The position numbers and the translations under genes are program-made. Shown here one piece after another: positions 38,827-48,440 of a stretch of DNA of 64,000 nucleotides (the stretch's first letter is position 1; the number at the start of each line of letters is the position of its first letter). The stretch is from the NCBI GenBank assembly GCA_038883795.1, contig JAVZLK010000002.1, positions 1 through 64,000 of the forward strand, in the 5' to 3' direction. Origin of the DNA: Candidatus Bathyarchaeia archaeon (GTDB lineage: Archaea; Thermoproteota; Bathyarchaeia; Bathyarchaeales; Bathycorpusculaceae). Under the pieces are notes generated by a model. It was not told the origin of the DNA. It made no database searches and saw only the letters and a list, made by a program, of their open reading frames with translations.

Positions 38827-39999
38827 GTGAGCTCTATCTTTGCTAAAAGAATGGAAACTTTAGGAACAGAAACAGCGTTTGAGGTGCTTGCAAAGGCAAA
38901 AGCGTTGGAAAAGCAAGGGAAAGATATTGTGCATTTGGAAATAGGCGAACCAGATTTTGACACGCCAAAAAACATTAAAGACGCCGCTGTAAAAGCTCTA
39001 TATGAAGGTTATACCCATTATGTTCCCGCCGCTGGTATTCCAGAACTGAGGGAAACCATCGCCGAATATGTTTCTAAGACGAGAAGAATAAAAGTTGAAC
39101 CTGAAGAAGTTGTTGTAACACCAGGCGCTAAACCAATAATGTTTTTTGTCATACTTGCATGCGTAAATCCAGGCGAAGAAGTTCTTTATCCAAATCCGGG
39201 CTTTCCAATTTACGAGTCAGTCATAAACTTTGTTGGAGCCAAACCAGTACCTATACCTCTTTTAGAAGAAAATGGCTTCAGAATGGACCATGAATATGTG
39301 AAAAAGAAAATAACAAAAAAGACAAAAATGATTATAATAAACTCTCCTGAAAATCCAACAGGTGGCGTCTTAACCAGAGAAGACTTGAAAGTTATAGCTG
39401 ACTGCATCTCAAACAGGGATGATGTCCTTGTGCTTTCCGACGAAATCTATAGCAGAATAATCTATGAAGGAGAACATGAAAGCATCGCTTCGCTTCCAGG
39501 GATGAAAGAGAAAACAATTATACTAGACGGTTTTTCGAAAACCTACGCCATGACAGGTTGGAGACTCGGCTATGGCGTAATGCGAAAAGACTTAGCCCAA
39601 AAAATCACCCAACTCATGATTAACTCTAACTCTTGCACTTGCACGTTCGTCCAAATGGCTGGCGTCGAAGCATTAAAAGGACCGCAAAATGAAGTGGAAA
39701 AGATGGTTGCCGAATTCGGAAAGAGAAGAGAAGTAATAGTTTCTGGTTTAAACAAGATTAAGGGGATAACATGCAAAAAACCCCGCGGCGCCTTCTATGT
39801 ATTTCCAAACATAAAGGGAACTGGAATGGACTGCCGCAAGCTTGGAGATTACCTGCTTAATGAAGCTGGCGTGGCTGTTTTACCTGGCACATCCTTTGGA
39901 AAATATGGCGAGGGCTATCTGCGTTTGTCCTTTGCCAACTCCATTGAGAATATTAAAAAGGCTTTAGACCGCATATCCAAGGCTCTTGAAAAGCGATAA
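38827..39999 (+). CDS. PLP-dependent class I aminotransferase (AspC-like)
   Basis: IGEPDFDTP, NSPENPTG, SDEIY, GFSKTYAMTGWRLG, YLRLSFA. Confidence 0.93.
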   Translation: MSSIFAKRMETLGTETAFEVLAKAKALEKQGKDIVHLEIGEPDFDTPKNIKDAAVKALYEGYTHYVPAAGIPELRETIAEYVSKTRRIKVEPEEVVVTPGAKPIMFFVILACVNPGEEVLYPNPGFPIYESVINFVGAKPVPIPLLEENGFRMDHEYVKKKITKKTKMIIINSPENPTGGVLTREDLKVIADCISNRDDVLVLSDEIYSRIIYEGEHESIASLPGMKEKTIILDGFSKTYAMTGWRLGYGVMRKDLAQKITQLMINSNSCTCTFVQMAGVEALKGPQNEVEKMVAEFGKRREVIVSGLNKIKGITCKKPRGAFYVFPNIKGTGMDCRKLGDYLLNEAGVAVLPGTSFGKYGEGYLRLSFANSIENIKKALDRISKALEKR

Positions 40000-40003
40000 T
40001 TCT

Positions 40004-40378
40004 TTAATCCTCTATTTTTTCTCCAGTTAGGGTTTCAACTATATCTGAAGCTAACTGGATTAAATTGTCTGCCCTTTTCATAGCCATTTCGCCATTAACT
40101 TCTCCCAGTTGAGCGAGTTGCTGCACCATCTCTTCAATCTGCACCAAAAATCTCAACACTGGGTCATCTATTGTCTGTGTTTTTTCCGCAGCTTCTCTTA
40201 TGACTATTTCCACGAATGCTGGTTCTCCGAGGCTGAAATAAATGGCGTTTCGAGCTTTTCTGATAGCTTCTATTACTAAAGTTGGAGCCATATATGGCAA
40301 TTTTCTTGCAGCTTCAAGCTCTGCCTTTGCCTCGCGCAAGTATCGATGCGCCCATCCTCTTCTGTATTCGTCCATCAT
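40004..40378 (-). CDS. Hypothetical helical protein, HEPN-like start
   Basis: W..RYLREAKAEL..A resembles HEPN helix 1; no RxxxxH motif. Confidence 0.55.
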   Translation of the reverse strand: MMDEYRRGWAHRYLREAKAELEAARKLPYMAPTLVIEAIRKARNAIYFSLGEPAFVEIVIREAAEKTQTIDDPVLRFLVQIEEMVQQLAQLGEVNGEMAMKRADNLIQLASDIVETLTGEKIED

Positions 40379-40433
40379 TTTCGTCCGCTTCTCTCCGTGT
40401 GTTTCATAAAAGGATTAAAAGTGTTTTATAAGG

Positions 40434-40655
40434 TTACGCTTCTTCTGGGGTTTCGTTTGATGATGGTGCTTGGGTTCCAGCGAAAGCATGGGTTATGTAT
40501 CCTGCTATTTGATTTCTCACTTTCGTTGTTGCTCCTCTTATAAGCATATCAACCATGCGTTTGTTGTTTTCAAAATTGTTAGAGAATTTGTCGGGAAAGC
40601 GGCGAATAAGCTCTTTGGCTATTCGTTTAATCTGTTCTGTTCGTACATTTCCCAA
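40434..40655 (-). CDS. rps17e: 30S ribosomal protein eS17
   Basis: MGNVRT..IKR.A..L, F..NK, KVRNQIAGYIT. Confidence 0.95.
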   Translation of the reverse strand: MGNVRTEQIKRIAKELIRRFPDKFSNNFENNKRMVDMLIRGATTKVRNQIAGYITHAFAGTQAPSSNETPEEA

Positions 40656-40997
40656 GTTTCAGTTTCCTCCAAGCACAACTGTTCCAGCCTCGATGTACGT
40701 ATGCTCTGAAGTAAACCCTTCATAAAAGAAAAGGATAATTTAACCTTTCTCAAGTTAAACCGAGACGAAGCAATGCGATTGTCAGAGTTTTATTGAATTT
40801 TAATTATGTATCGAAAATTGATATATGTTTGCATTTGGAAGAACTGATTTATTAAGATATGCGATATATAATAAGGGAATAAAATGAACGCAAAAATAAA
40901 CCTAAGCGAAAAATCAATCTATGAAAACATTGAACTACTTAAAGCGCAAATATTGAACTTTTCAATTTTATTTTCTCGTAAATTCGCCTAAACTCTC

Positions 40998-41777
40998 CTA
41001 TTTCACTTTTATTTCGAAAAATTTTTCAAAATTCTCTATCATTTGCTCGGCTACAATTGCCATTTCTAAATTTTTAATTTCTGCTATGGCTTTAACTACG
41101 GTTGGGATGAAGGCTGGCGTTGTTATTTGTCCATTGAAAGGCTGCTTAAAATAGCGTACTGGCCCATCAGTTTCCGTCAACAAATTTGTTAATGGTATTT
41201 TTCTAACAATTTCTCGTATGCCATTAGAGTAAGCTGCGGGCGGTCCTTCGGTAATGTAATATCCATTCTCCACAATTTTGGTTAGTAAGCTTATGGGATA
41301 GCTGAACCAGTGGAGCAAAACCTTCTTAATTTTGAAAGATGGAAGCATATCGACGATTTGTGGTGTTGTACCACGGGAATGGATTATAACTGGCAAGTCA
41401 AGTCTTTCAGCTAACCGCAGCATTTCGTTAAAAACCTTCAGTTGTTTATCCCATATGTTTGAGTATTTGTAGTCTAAACCTATTTCGCCTATAGCAATCA
41501 TCATTTTATTGTTTCTTTGTTCGCAAATAAAATCCACTGTTTTTTGAAGTTCATCTTCCTTTAGATTTTTCACGTTCCATGGATGGATTCCTAAAGCAGC
41601 GTAAACTGTTCCTTGATATCTTTCAGCCAGTTTGAGACTTCTAATGCATGTTTCTAAATCCATGGAATTGGAAACCAAGGCAACAACGTTCGAGTTTACG
41701 GCCTCAGCTATGATGTCTTCAATGTGTTCTGAATATTCCTCATCTGAAAGGTGAACGTGAGAGTCAACGAATTTCAT
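40998..41777 (-). CDS. tatD: TatD family hydrolase
   Basis: DSHVH, GIHPW, IGEIGLD, IHSR, HWF, ETDGP. Confidence 0.92.
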   Translation of the reverse strand: MKFVDSHVHLSDEEYSEHIEDIIAEAVNSNVVALVSNSMDLETCIRSLKLAERYQGTVYAALGIHPWNVKNLKEDELQKTVDFICEQRNNKMMIAIGEIGLDYKYSNIWDKQLKVFNEMLRLAERLDLPVIIHSRGTTPQIVDMLPSFKIKKVLLHWFSYPISLLTKIVENGYYITEGPPAAYSNGIREIVRKIPLTNLLTETDGPVRYFKQPFNGQITTPAFIPTVVKAIAEIKNLEMAIVAEQMIENFEKFFEIKVK

Positions 41778-41931
41778 TTGGAAACCCGCGGCTTATTAGA
41801 GTGTCTGAATTTTGCTTTTAAAATTTCCTTTTCTTTTGAAAGAATCCTTCGTGCTGCTTTGTTCGGGAAAATAAAGAACAATAAACGTTAAATATTGTTT
41901 CAAATAGAAAAAGAGGCTCGGAGGAGTGTTT

Positions 41932-42153
41932 ATGGCTGATTTAGAGTTGGCTGTGGCTCCCATGCACAGAATATGCAAAAAAGCTGGAGCTGACAGAGTA
42001 AGCGAAGCAGCAGCCAAAGAACTTGCTAAGGCATTGGAAGAAATCGGCGTGAAAATCGCCAAAGAAGCCTTAGATTTTGCCATGCATGCTGGAAGAAAAA
42101 CAATAAAAGCTGAAGACATTGAAATTGCTGCCAAAAAAGTTATGGGCAGATAA
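41932..42153 (+). CDS. Archaeal histone (HMf-type)
   Basis: [29 protein letters not shown]; GGAGG SD. Confidence 0.95.
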   Translation: MADLELAVAPMHRICKKAGADRVSEAAAKELAKALEEIGVKIAKEALDFAMHAGRKTIKAEDIEIAAKKVMGR

Positions 42154-42200
42154 ACTTCTTTTATAAATATCTCCTTTCTTTTTCAAACAAATTTCATTTC

Positions 42201-42974
42201 CTAACAAGCTTTCTGTGAAGATTCCCAGAGAAATTGGAAATAATCTCTTGCGAATTGTACCAAACCTACATGATTGCTCCATATAACTAAACTTGGTTTT
42301 TCCTCTCCTAAAAACAACATAGCTTCTTTTCCATCCACAATTATCCCCCCACCAAACATTTTATCCCTAATCCGCAATTCAGCTGTGCCCTTTAACTTTT
42401 CGATGTTTCTCCATTCTTCGGGTTTCCCAGTAACCATAAGTTTGATAGTTAAGCGAGTTTTCTGAAGAGCTTCTAAGGAAAGGGTTGTTGAAGCAAATGC
42501 GCTTTTAGCAAATTTGGGTGCAGCTATCATTATTTCTTTAGCGGCTTTTCTAATGGTTTCTTCAAGCTTAGTCATAACCGCATGTTGACCGTGTAATATT
42601 AGTATGTCTGGGCGTTCCACAAGTTCTCTTTTTTCATATAAAGGTTGTAATTGGTTGGTGATTGTTTGTTCCCAACTTTTGTATTTGTCTTCCAGCCTAA
42701 TTTTTGTTGCTGCTAAGGCTTCGATGGGTGGTAAAGGATAGTATTTGTTTGGGCGGCTTTCTAAACTTTTAATCCATCCCTTTTCTTTAAGAGAGTTTAG
42801 GGCTTCGTAGATTTTTGAGTATGGTACTTTTGCTTTCTTGCTTATTTCCATGGCTGTCATTTGCCCGCCTTCTAGCAAAGCAAAATAAGCGTCAATTTCG
42901 TAGGTGTTCAATCCCATTTCTCGCAAAATCTGTTTACTTTCTTCGGTTATGGGCAACTTAAACCCCTCAATCAC
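42201..42974 (-). CDS. TrmB family transcriptional regulator
   Basis: GLNTYE..AY..LL, VPYSKIYE.L.SL..KG, C-terminal IIVDGKE effector domain. Confidence 0.9.
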   Translation of the reverse strand: MIEGFKLPITEESKQILREMGLNTYEIDAYFALLEGGQMTAMEISKKAKVPYSKIYEALNSLKEKGWIKSLESRPNKYYPLPPIEALAATKIRLEDKYKSWEQTITNQLQPLYEKRELVERPDILILHGQHAVMTKLEETIRKAAKEIMIAAPKFAKSAFASTTLSLEALQKTRLTIKLMVTGKPEEWRNIEKLKGTAELRIRDKMFGGGIIVDGKEAMLFLGEEKPSLVIWSNHVGLVQFARDYFQFLWESSQKAC

Positions 42975-43050
42975 CTTATGAGAAGTTTGGAAACCTTATT
43001 ATATCCTTCCTTAAAATCTTCAAAACACAGCTTAAAAGCTTGGTGAATGC

Positions 43051-44541
43051 ATGAAGGTTATTAAAGAAACAGAGAGTTTATGCCCAGAATGCCTAAAAGT
43101 GTTGAAGGCTACAATCTTCGAAGAAGACGGCAAAGTCTACTTAAAAAAGGAATGCCCACGACATGGCTTTTTCCAAGAAGTTTACTGGTCTGATTACGAG
43201 CAATATTTACGAGCTGAAAGATTCAGGTATGACGGCGAAGGCTTAAACAATCCGAGAACAAAAACCGTAAACAACTGCCCATACGACTGCGGCATATGCC
43301 CGCAGCACAAATCCCACACAGCACTTGCAATAATCGATGTGACAAACCGCTGCAACCTTAAATGTCCTGTTTGTTTTGCCAACGCTGCAGCTGCTGGCTA
43401 CGTTTACGAACCATCAAAAGAAGAAATTCGAGGCATGCTGGAAAACTTACGCAAGAATGACCCTGTTCCTGCTACGGCTCTTCAGTTTTCTGGTGGCGAA
43501 CCAACCGTTCGCAATGACCTCTTCGAACTTATTCGAATGGCTAAGGAGCTTGGTTTTCGCCATGTGGAAGTTAATACGAACGGGCTTCGGCTTGCGCAAA
43601 GCGTTGATTATTGCAGAGGCTTAAAAGAGGCTGGAATGAGCACAGTCTATTTGCAGTTTGACGGGTTAACATCTGAAGTTTACAAGTTTATTCGCGGAAT
43701 AGATTTGTTGGGCATCAAAATGAAGGCTATTGAAAATTGTCGCAAAGCTGGGATTGACAGCGTGGTTTTGGTTGTCACATTGATTAAGGGCGTAAATGAT
43801 GGTCAACTTGGCGACATTATACGTTTTGCAGTGCAAAATTTCGATGTAGTGCGTTGCATAAACGTTCAACCAGTTTCCCTCTGTGGAAGACTTCCCCAAA
43901 CAGAAAGGGAGAAAATGCGCATAACAATTCCAGACTTTATGCGACTGGTGCAAGAGCAAACAAACTGCAAAATAAAAATGTCAGACTTCTATCCAGTGCC
44001 AACAGTTGTACCAGTTTCTAAGGCTGTTGGAGCATTAAAAGGTAAAAGATATGTAGAGTTCACTGCACATCCCCACTGCGGAATGGCAACATACATATTT
44101 GTTGAAAATGGCGAAATCATTCCCATAACACATTATGGAAATGTAGATAACTTCATTAAGACAATGCAGAAAGTTTACGAGGATGCTTCAAAAGGAAGCA
44201 AGAATAAGGCAAAACTGCGTTTGGTTGGAGCTTTACGCCATATCAAGTTCAGTTTTCTGAGAAAGCATGTTTGGGGTGTATTAAGGGAAGGGAGCTACGA
44301 GGCTTTGGGGAATTTGCAAAGAAAATCCATACTGCTTTCAGCAATGCACTTCATGGATCCATACAACTTTGACTTGGAAAGGGTCCAACGCTGCGTAATC
44401 CACTATGCAATTCCAGATGGACGCATAATTCCCTTCTGCACAATGAATTCCATTCACCGTCCAGAAATTGAGAAAAAGCTTGGAATGTCAATTAAAGAGT
44501 GGCAAAATAGGCATAAGGTTGAAATAACCCAGTACGCTTAG
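43051..44541 (+). CDS. tes: Tetraether lipid synthase (Tes / GDGT-MAS) radical SAM enzyme
   Basis: SLCPEC...K.CPRHG, CPYDCGICPQH, CNLKCPVCFA, QFSGGEPT, HPHCG, RC.IHY..PDGRIIPFC..N. Confidence 0.88.
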   Translation: MKVIKETESLCPECLKVLKATIFEEDGKVYLKKECPRHGFFQEVYWSDYEQYLRAERFRYDGEGLNNPRTKTVNNCPYDCGICPQHKSHTALAIIDVTNRCNLKCPVCFANAAAAGYVYEPSKEEIRGMLENLRKNDPVPATALQFSGGEPTVRNDLFELIRMAKELGFRHVEVNTNGLRLAQSVDYCRGLKEAGMSTVYLQFDGLTSEVYKFIRGIDLLGIKMKAIENCRKAGIDSVVLVVTLIKGVNDGQLGDIIRFAVQNFDVVRCINVQPVSLCGRLPQTEREKMRITIPDFMRLVQEQTNCKIKMSDFYPVPTVVPVSKAVGALKGKRYVEFTAHPHCGMATYIFVENGEIIPITHYGNVDNFIKTMQKVYEDASKGSKNKAKLRLVGALRHIKFSFLRKHVWGVLREGSYEALGNLQRKSILLSAMHFMDPYNFDLERVQRCVIHYAIPDGRIIPFCTMNSIHRPEIEKKLGMSIKEWQNRHKVEITQYA

Positions 44542-44596
44542 CATAGAAAACCTAAAGAATTACGAAAACTCTTTCCTTTAATGGAAGCTGATAGTC

Positions 44597-44923
44597 ATGG
44601 GTGGTAAAAAGAAGCTTAGCTTAAAGCAAATGGAGCGCATGCAGCTTAGAAAGGATGCTGAAGAAAAGGAGAAAAAGAAAAAGGAAAAAGAGGCTGGACC
44701 CAAAGAAAAGAAGCCCTCCGGAATAATTCCGCCAGACCCGAGAAGCGAAAAAATTGTGGGCGAATTAAAGAAGATGAACGTTTTGACACCTTATGCCGTG
44801 GCTTCGCGCTTCAATTTGCGAATAAGCGCTGCAAAGGACTTATTAGAACAATTGGAGGACGAGGGCATAGTTCAGCTTGTCTCTGGAAGCCATAACATCA
44901 AAATATACAAACCAATAAGCTAA
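44597..44923 (+). CDS. rps25e: 30S ribosomal protein eS25
   Basis: Lys-rich N-terminus MGGKKK, then winged helix LTPY.VA.RF..RIS.A..LL..L. Confidence 0.88.
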   Translation: MGGKKKLSLKQMERMQLRKDAEEKEKKKKEKEAGPKEKKPSGIIPPDPRSEKIVGELKKMNVLTPYAVASRFNLRISAAKDLLEQLEDEGIVQLVSGSHNIKIYKPIS

Positions 44924-44978
44924 TTCTTTTTGGTTCTCTTCCTTAATTTTCATTAACTGATTAAGGTTTGGAATTGTA

Positions 44979-45461
44979 ATGGAAACTTTTCCAAAAAGAA
45001 TATACACTCATAAAGAGGTTAAAAAAGCAAAGGAATTTGTCGATAAGGGCTATAAGCATCGTTTAAAAATTAAGGGAGATGCTGTCTTTAAAGAAAAAGT
45101 ACGCCAAGCCCTTAAGCTTGTTAAAACTGCTGGTTACTACGACTTTTTGAGGACTTATATTCGCTGTATCGTTGAAATTGATGGTTTGACACAGCTTAGG
45201 GAATCGGAAGCTTCTATTTGGGCAAACAGGTATGCTGTAGAGAATCCCATAGATGCGGCCAGTTTGTTTGTGCAAAAGGCACATCACATGCAAGAGTATT
45301 TGGAAGGCAAACTTTATTATGGTGGCATGGCTGAGAAGCGTTCCGTTGAAGTGCGCATGGAATTTCTTAAAAAATTAATGGAGAAAAGCCGAAAGAAAGA
45401 TGTTAAGAATGAGTGTGAAAAGCTTCTAAAAATTTGGAGTGAAAGTTTCCTAATTTATTAA
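44979..45461 (+). CDS. Hypothetical protein, possible degenerate zincin fold
   Basis: 160-aa ORF; AASLFVQKAHH where zincins have HExxH, followed by a downstream E (AEKRS). Confidence 0.6.
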   Translation: METFPKRIYTHKEVKKAKEFVDKGYKHRLKIKGDAVFKEKVRQALKLVKTAGYYDFLRTYIRCIVEIDGLTQLRESEASIWANRYAVENPIDAASLFVQKAHHMQEYLEGKLYYGGMAEKRSVEVRMEFLKKLMEKSRKKDVKNECEKLLKIWSESFLIY

Positions 45462-45841
45462 GCGGATTCAACTCTGATTTTTGTTCCGCTCTTGACTTGT
45501 TTAAATAATTCGAGGTTTTTGGTGATTTTGCCCAAAACATTAACTGGGCTGTAAGGCTGTGATTCTCCATAAAATATGCATAGGGCGCTTCCCATGGGCC
45601 AGAAGGCTATTGTTCCCTTTTCTACAGAGCTTTTTGCTTTTTCCTCTCCCATTTTGATTGGTGTTTCAAAGTATACTTCTTCTTTCCATAGGGCGGCTCT
45701 GCCTTCTATTGGAAGTTTTCTGACTAGCATGTCTACTGTTCTTGGTGCTAGAAAACGCACAAGCTCTCCTTCTGCCTCTCCCAATCCTTCAACTATAAAC
45801 TTTATTTTTACACGCGAAATTTCCTGTTCTTCAGCGCTCAC
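45458..45841 (-). CDS. Cyclophilin-like fold protein (DUF369/TM1367 type)
   Basis: AP.T...LPIEG....W.EEVYF, G.IAFWP.G.ALCIFYG, SPVNVLG. Confidence 0.85.
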   Translation of the reverse strand: MSAEEQEISRVKIKFIVEGLGEAEGELVRFLAPRTVDMLVRKLPIEGRAALWKEEVYFETPIKMGEEKAKSSVEKGTIAFWPMGSALCIFYGESQPYSPVNVLGKITKNLELFKQVKSGTKIRVESA

Positions 45842-47169
45842 TATTTCCCACCTCTTTTGAGGAACTCTTCCAATATTTGCTCAAGGGTTACTGGACCCAA
45901 AACTTGGAGTTCATATTTCACTCTTACCGTTGGTTTGCTTAATGTCATGACCCTTCTTAGGTCGATGGGTGTTCCTATCACTACGACGTCGCAGGGTGTT
46001 CGGTCAATGGTTTCTTTAAGTTCAGCTATTTGTTTCTCTCCATAACCCAGTGCAGGGAGGATTTTTCCCAAATGAGTATATGCCTTATAGGCTTCTTTTA
46101 TTGAACCAACAGCATAAGGTCTCGGGTCAACAATTTCGCTGGCTCCAGACTTTTGCGCCATTATTGTTCCAGCTCCATAAGGCATATTTCCATGCGTCAA
46201 TGTGGGTCCATCCTCAATTACTAGCGCACGTTTTCCCCTGACCAGTTCTGGATTGTCAGCTGTTACTGGCGAGGCTGCCTCCAGAATTAGGGCGTTAGGA
46301 TTAACCTTCTTTACGTTTTCTTTGACCTTTTCTACATTTTCTGGTTGTGCCGTGTCCACCTTATTTATTATCACGACGTTTGCCATTCGCAAATTGGCTT
46401 CTCCAGGGTGATAAGTTAGTTCGTGTCCCGCTCTGTGGGGGTCTGCCACGACTATGTGTAAGTCTGGTTTGTAGAAAGGTATGTCATTGTTGCCTCCATC
46501 CCAAACAATGATGTCTGCTTCCTTTTCAGCTTCGTGCAGAATCTTTTCGTAGTCCACGCCCGCATAAACAATTATGCCATTGTCAATGTGAGGTTCATAT
46601 TCTTCTCTTTCCTCGATAGTGCAGTGGTATTTGTCCAAGTCTTCATAAGAAGCGAATCTTTGGCAAATCTGCTTTGTTAAGTCGCCGTAGGGCATTGGAT
46701 GTCTGATGGCGACAACCCTTAAACCTTTATTTTTTAAGATTTTTGCAACTTGCCTTGAAGTTTGGCTTTTCCCCGAACCAGTTCTAACAGCGCCCACAGA
46801 AATCACTGGAACTTTTGCCTTCAACATTGTTGTTTTGGGTCCCATTAAGCGGAAATCTGCCCCGCTTGACAATGCTATGGACGCTTTATGCATGACATAT
46901 TCGTGGGAGACATCGCTGTACGCGAAAATCACTTCATCAACGTCATGCTGCTTTATTAATGTAGGCAGTTTTTCTTCAGGGTAAATTGGTATTCCTTTAG
47001 GATAATTTGGGCCTGCAAGTTCAGTGGGATATGTTCTGCCTTCAATGCCCGGAATTTGTGTGGCTGTGAAAGCGACAACCTCGTAGGCCTCATTGTTTCG
47101 GAAGTAAACGTTAAAGTTATGGAAGTCTCTACCCGCGGCTCCCATTATAATAACCTTAACTTTTTTCAT
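45841..47169 (-). CDS. arcE: COG2403 P-loop ligase; probable arginine synthetase (ArcE-type), cDPG synthetase-related
   Basis: IMGAAGRDFHNFN, AFTATQIP, RTGSGKSQT, RHPMPYG, EEREEYEPH, WDGGNND, EDGPTLTHG. Confidence 0.7.
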   Translation of the reverse strand: MKKVKVIIMGAAGRDFHNFNVYFRNNEAYEVVAFTATQIPGIEGRTYPTELAGPNYPKGIPIYPEEKLPTLIKQHDVDEVIFAYSDVSHEYVMHKASIALSSGADFRLMGPKTTMLKAKVPVISVGAVRTGSGKSQTSRQVAKILKNKGLRVVAIRHPMPYGDLTKQICQRFASYEDLDKYHCTIEEREEYEPHIDNGIIVYAGVDYEKILHEAEKEADIIVWDGGNNDIPFYKPDLHIVVADPHRAGHELTYHPGEANLRMANVVIINKVDTAQPENVEKVKENVKKVNPNALILEAASPVTADNPELVRGKRALVIEDGPTLTHGNMPYGAGTIMAQKSGASEIVDPRPYAVGSIKEAYKAYTHLGKILPALGYGEKQIAELKETIDRTPCDVVVIGTPIDLRRVMTLSKPTVRVKYELQVLGPVTLEQILEEFLKRGGK

Positions 47170-47250
47170 GACACTAATCCTCCATTAGAACTCTAACAAG
47201 AGGATTCAATACTACCTAAATCATTCCATATAAACCTTAACATGTAACTC

Positions 47251-48354
47251 CTATCCTATCAAATGTAAAACTGTTTCGCCTATAAACTCTATCTGCTCTA
47301 CCGTGACGCCGGGATGAACTGGTAATGAAAAAACTTGCTCTGCAGCTTTTTCTGTTTCTGGAAGCTTGTTTTTTCCAAATTTTCTGTAAAATGGCATTAA
47401 GTGTATAGGATTGGAATAGTAAACCTCTGCGCCTATTCCCTTCCTTTTTAATTCCTCAACAATTTTATCCCTTTCTTTTCTTTTTGCTTTTTTCAATCTG
47501 ACCGTGAAGAGATACCAACTGTGCTTATACCCGTGTGGTTCTTTCGGTAATGTTAATCTATTTGCGTTTTTTAGTCTCCTTTCAAGTTTTTCTGCGTTTT
47601 CTCTTCTTTTCGCCAAAAATTTTGGCAATTTTTCAAGCTGAACATAGCCTATGGCTGCTTCAATTTCTGGCATGCGATAGTTGTATCCCAACATTATCGA
47701 CTTATACTTCTCCACTTCACCGTGGCTTCTCATAAGGCGAATTTTCTCTGCTAATTTTTCATCGTTGGTTGTTATCATTCCTCCTTCTCCAGTCATCATA
47801 TTTTTGCTTGCGTAAAAGCTCCAGCATGCAACATCCGCATATGTTCCCGGGGGTCTTCCCATGTATTGTGCACCATGGGCTTGTGCGGCGTCTTCAACAA
47901 TTTTTAATCCATGTTTTTCGGCAATTTCTCTTATGGGCTTCATGTCTGCTGATAAGCCGTAAAGGTCCACGGGCACTATAGCCTTAGTCTTTTTTGTTAT
48001 GGCTTCTTCAATTTTTTCTGTGGAAATGTTATATGTTTCTGGATTTATGTCTACAAAGACTGGTTTAGCTCCAACCGTGACTATGGCTTCGGCTGTGGCT
48101 ACGAAAGTGAAGCTTGGGAGAATAACCTCATCGCCTGGTTTTACGCTTGCCGCTGCAATTGCCAAGTGTAGAGCTGCTGTTCCTGAGTTTACGGCTATTG
48201 CTTCCTTTGCTCCCACAAAATTTGCGTAGGCTTTCTCAAACTGTGTAACCATTGGGCCGGCGCCAAGTCCATGGGTTAGAACTCCACTTTTTAAAACCTT
48301 AACGACAGCGTCGATTTCCTCTTTTCCTATTTGTGGGGCGTTAATTGGAATCAT
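47251..48354 (-). CDS. DegT/DnrJ/EryC1/StrS sugar aminotransferase
   Basis: NSGTAALH, FTFVATA, EDAAQAHG, SFYASKN, GEGG, GYNYRM. Confidence 0.93.
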   Translation of the reverse strand: MIPINAPQIGKEEIDAVVKVLKSGVLTHGLGAGPMVTQFEKAYANFVGAKEAIAVNSGTAALHLAIAAASVKPGDEVILPSFTFVATAEAIVTVGAKPVFVDINPETYNISTEKIEEAITKKTKAIVPVDLYGLSADMKPIREIAEKHGLKIVEDAAQAHGAQYMGRPPGTYADVACWSFYASKNMMTGEGGMITTNDEKLAEKIRLMRSHGEVEKYKSIMLGYNYRMPEIEAAIGYVQLEKLPKFLAKRRENAEKLERRLKNANRLTLPKEPHGYKHSWYLFTVRLKKAKRKERDKIVEELKRKGIGAEVYYSNPIHLMPFYRKFGKNKLPETEKAAEQVFSLPVHPGVTVEQIEFIGETVLHLIG

Positions 48355-48440
48355 AATTTAACCTTTAAGCTATTATGCTGTTTAGCATTAAATAACTTGT
48401 GTGTTTAAACAATTTGGGTTGAGCTAAAAATTAAAGGGTG

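Noticed and set aside
40004-40378. HEPN toxin of a toxin-antitoxin or defence pair
   Set aside because: No RxxxxH motif and no adjacent nucleotidyltransferase gene.
40656-40997. 340-nt AT-rich spacer as replication origin or small ORF (MNAKINLSEK..., 35 aa)
   Set aside because: No ORB repeats, no adjacent cdc6, and no support for the ORF beyond a weak SD.
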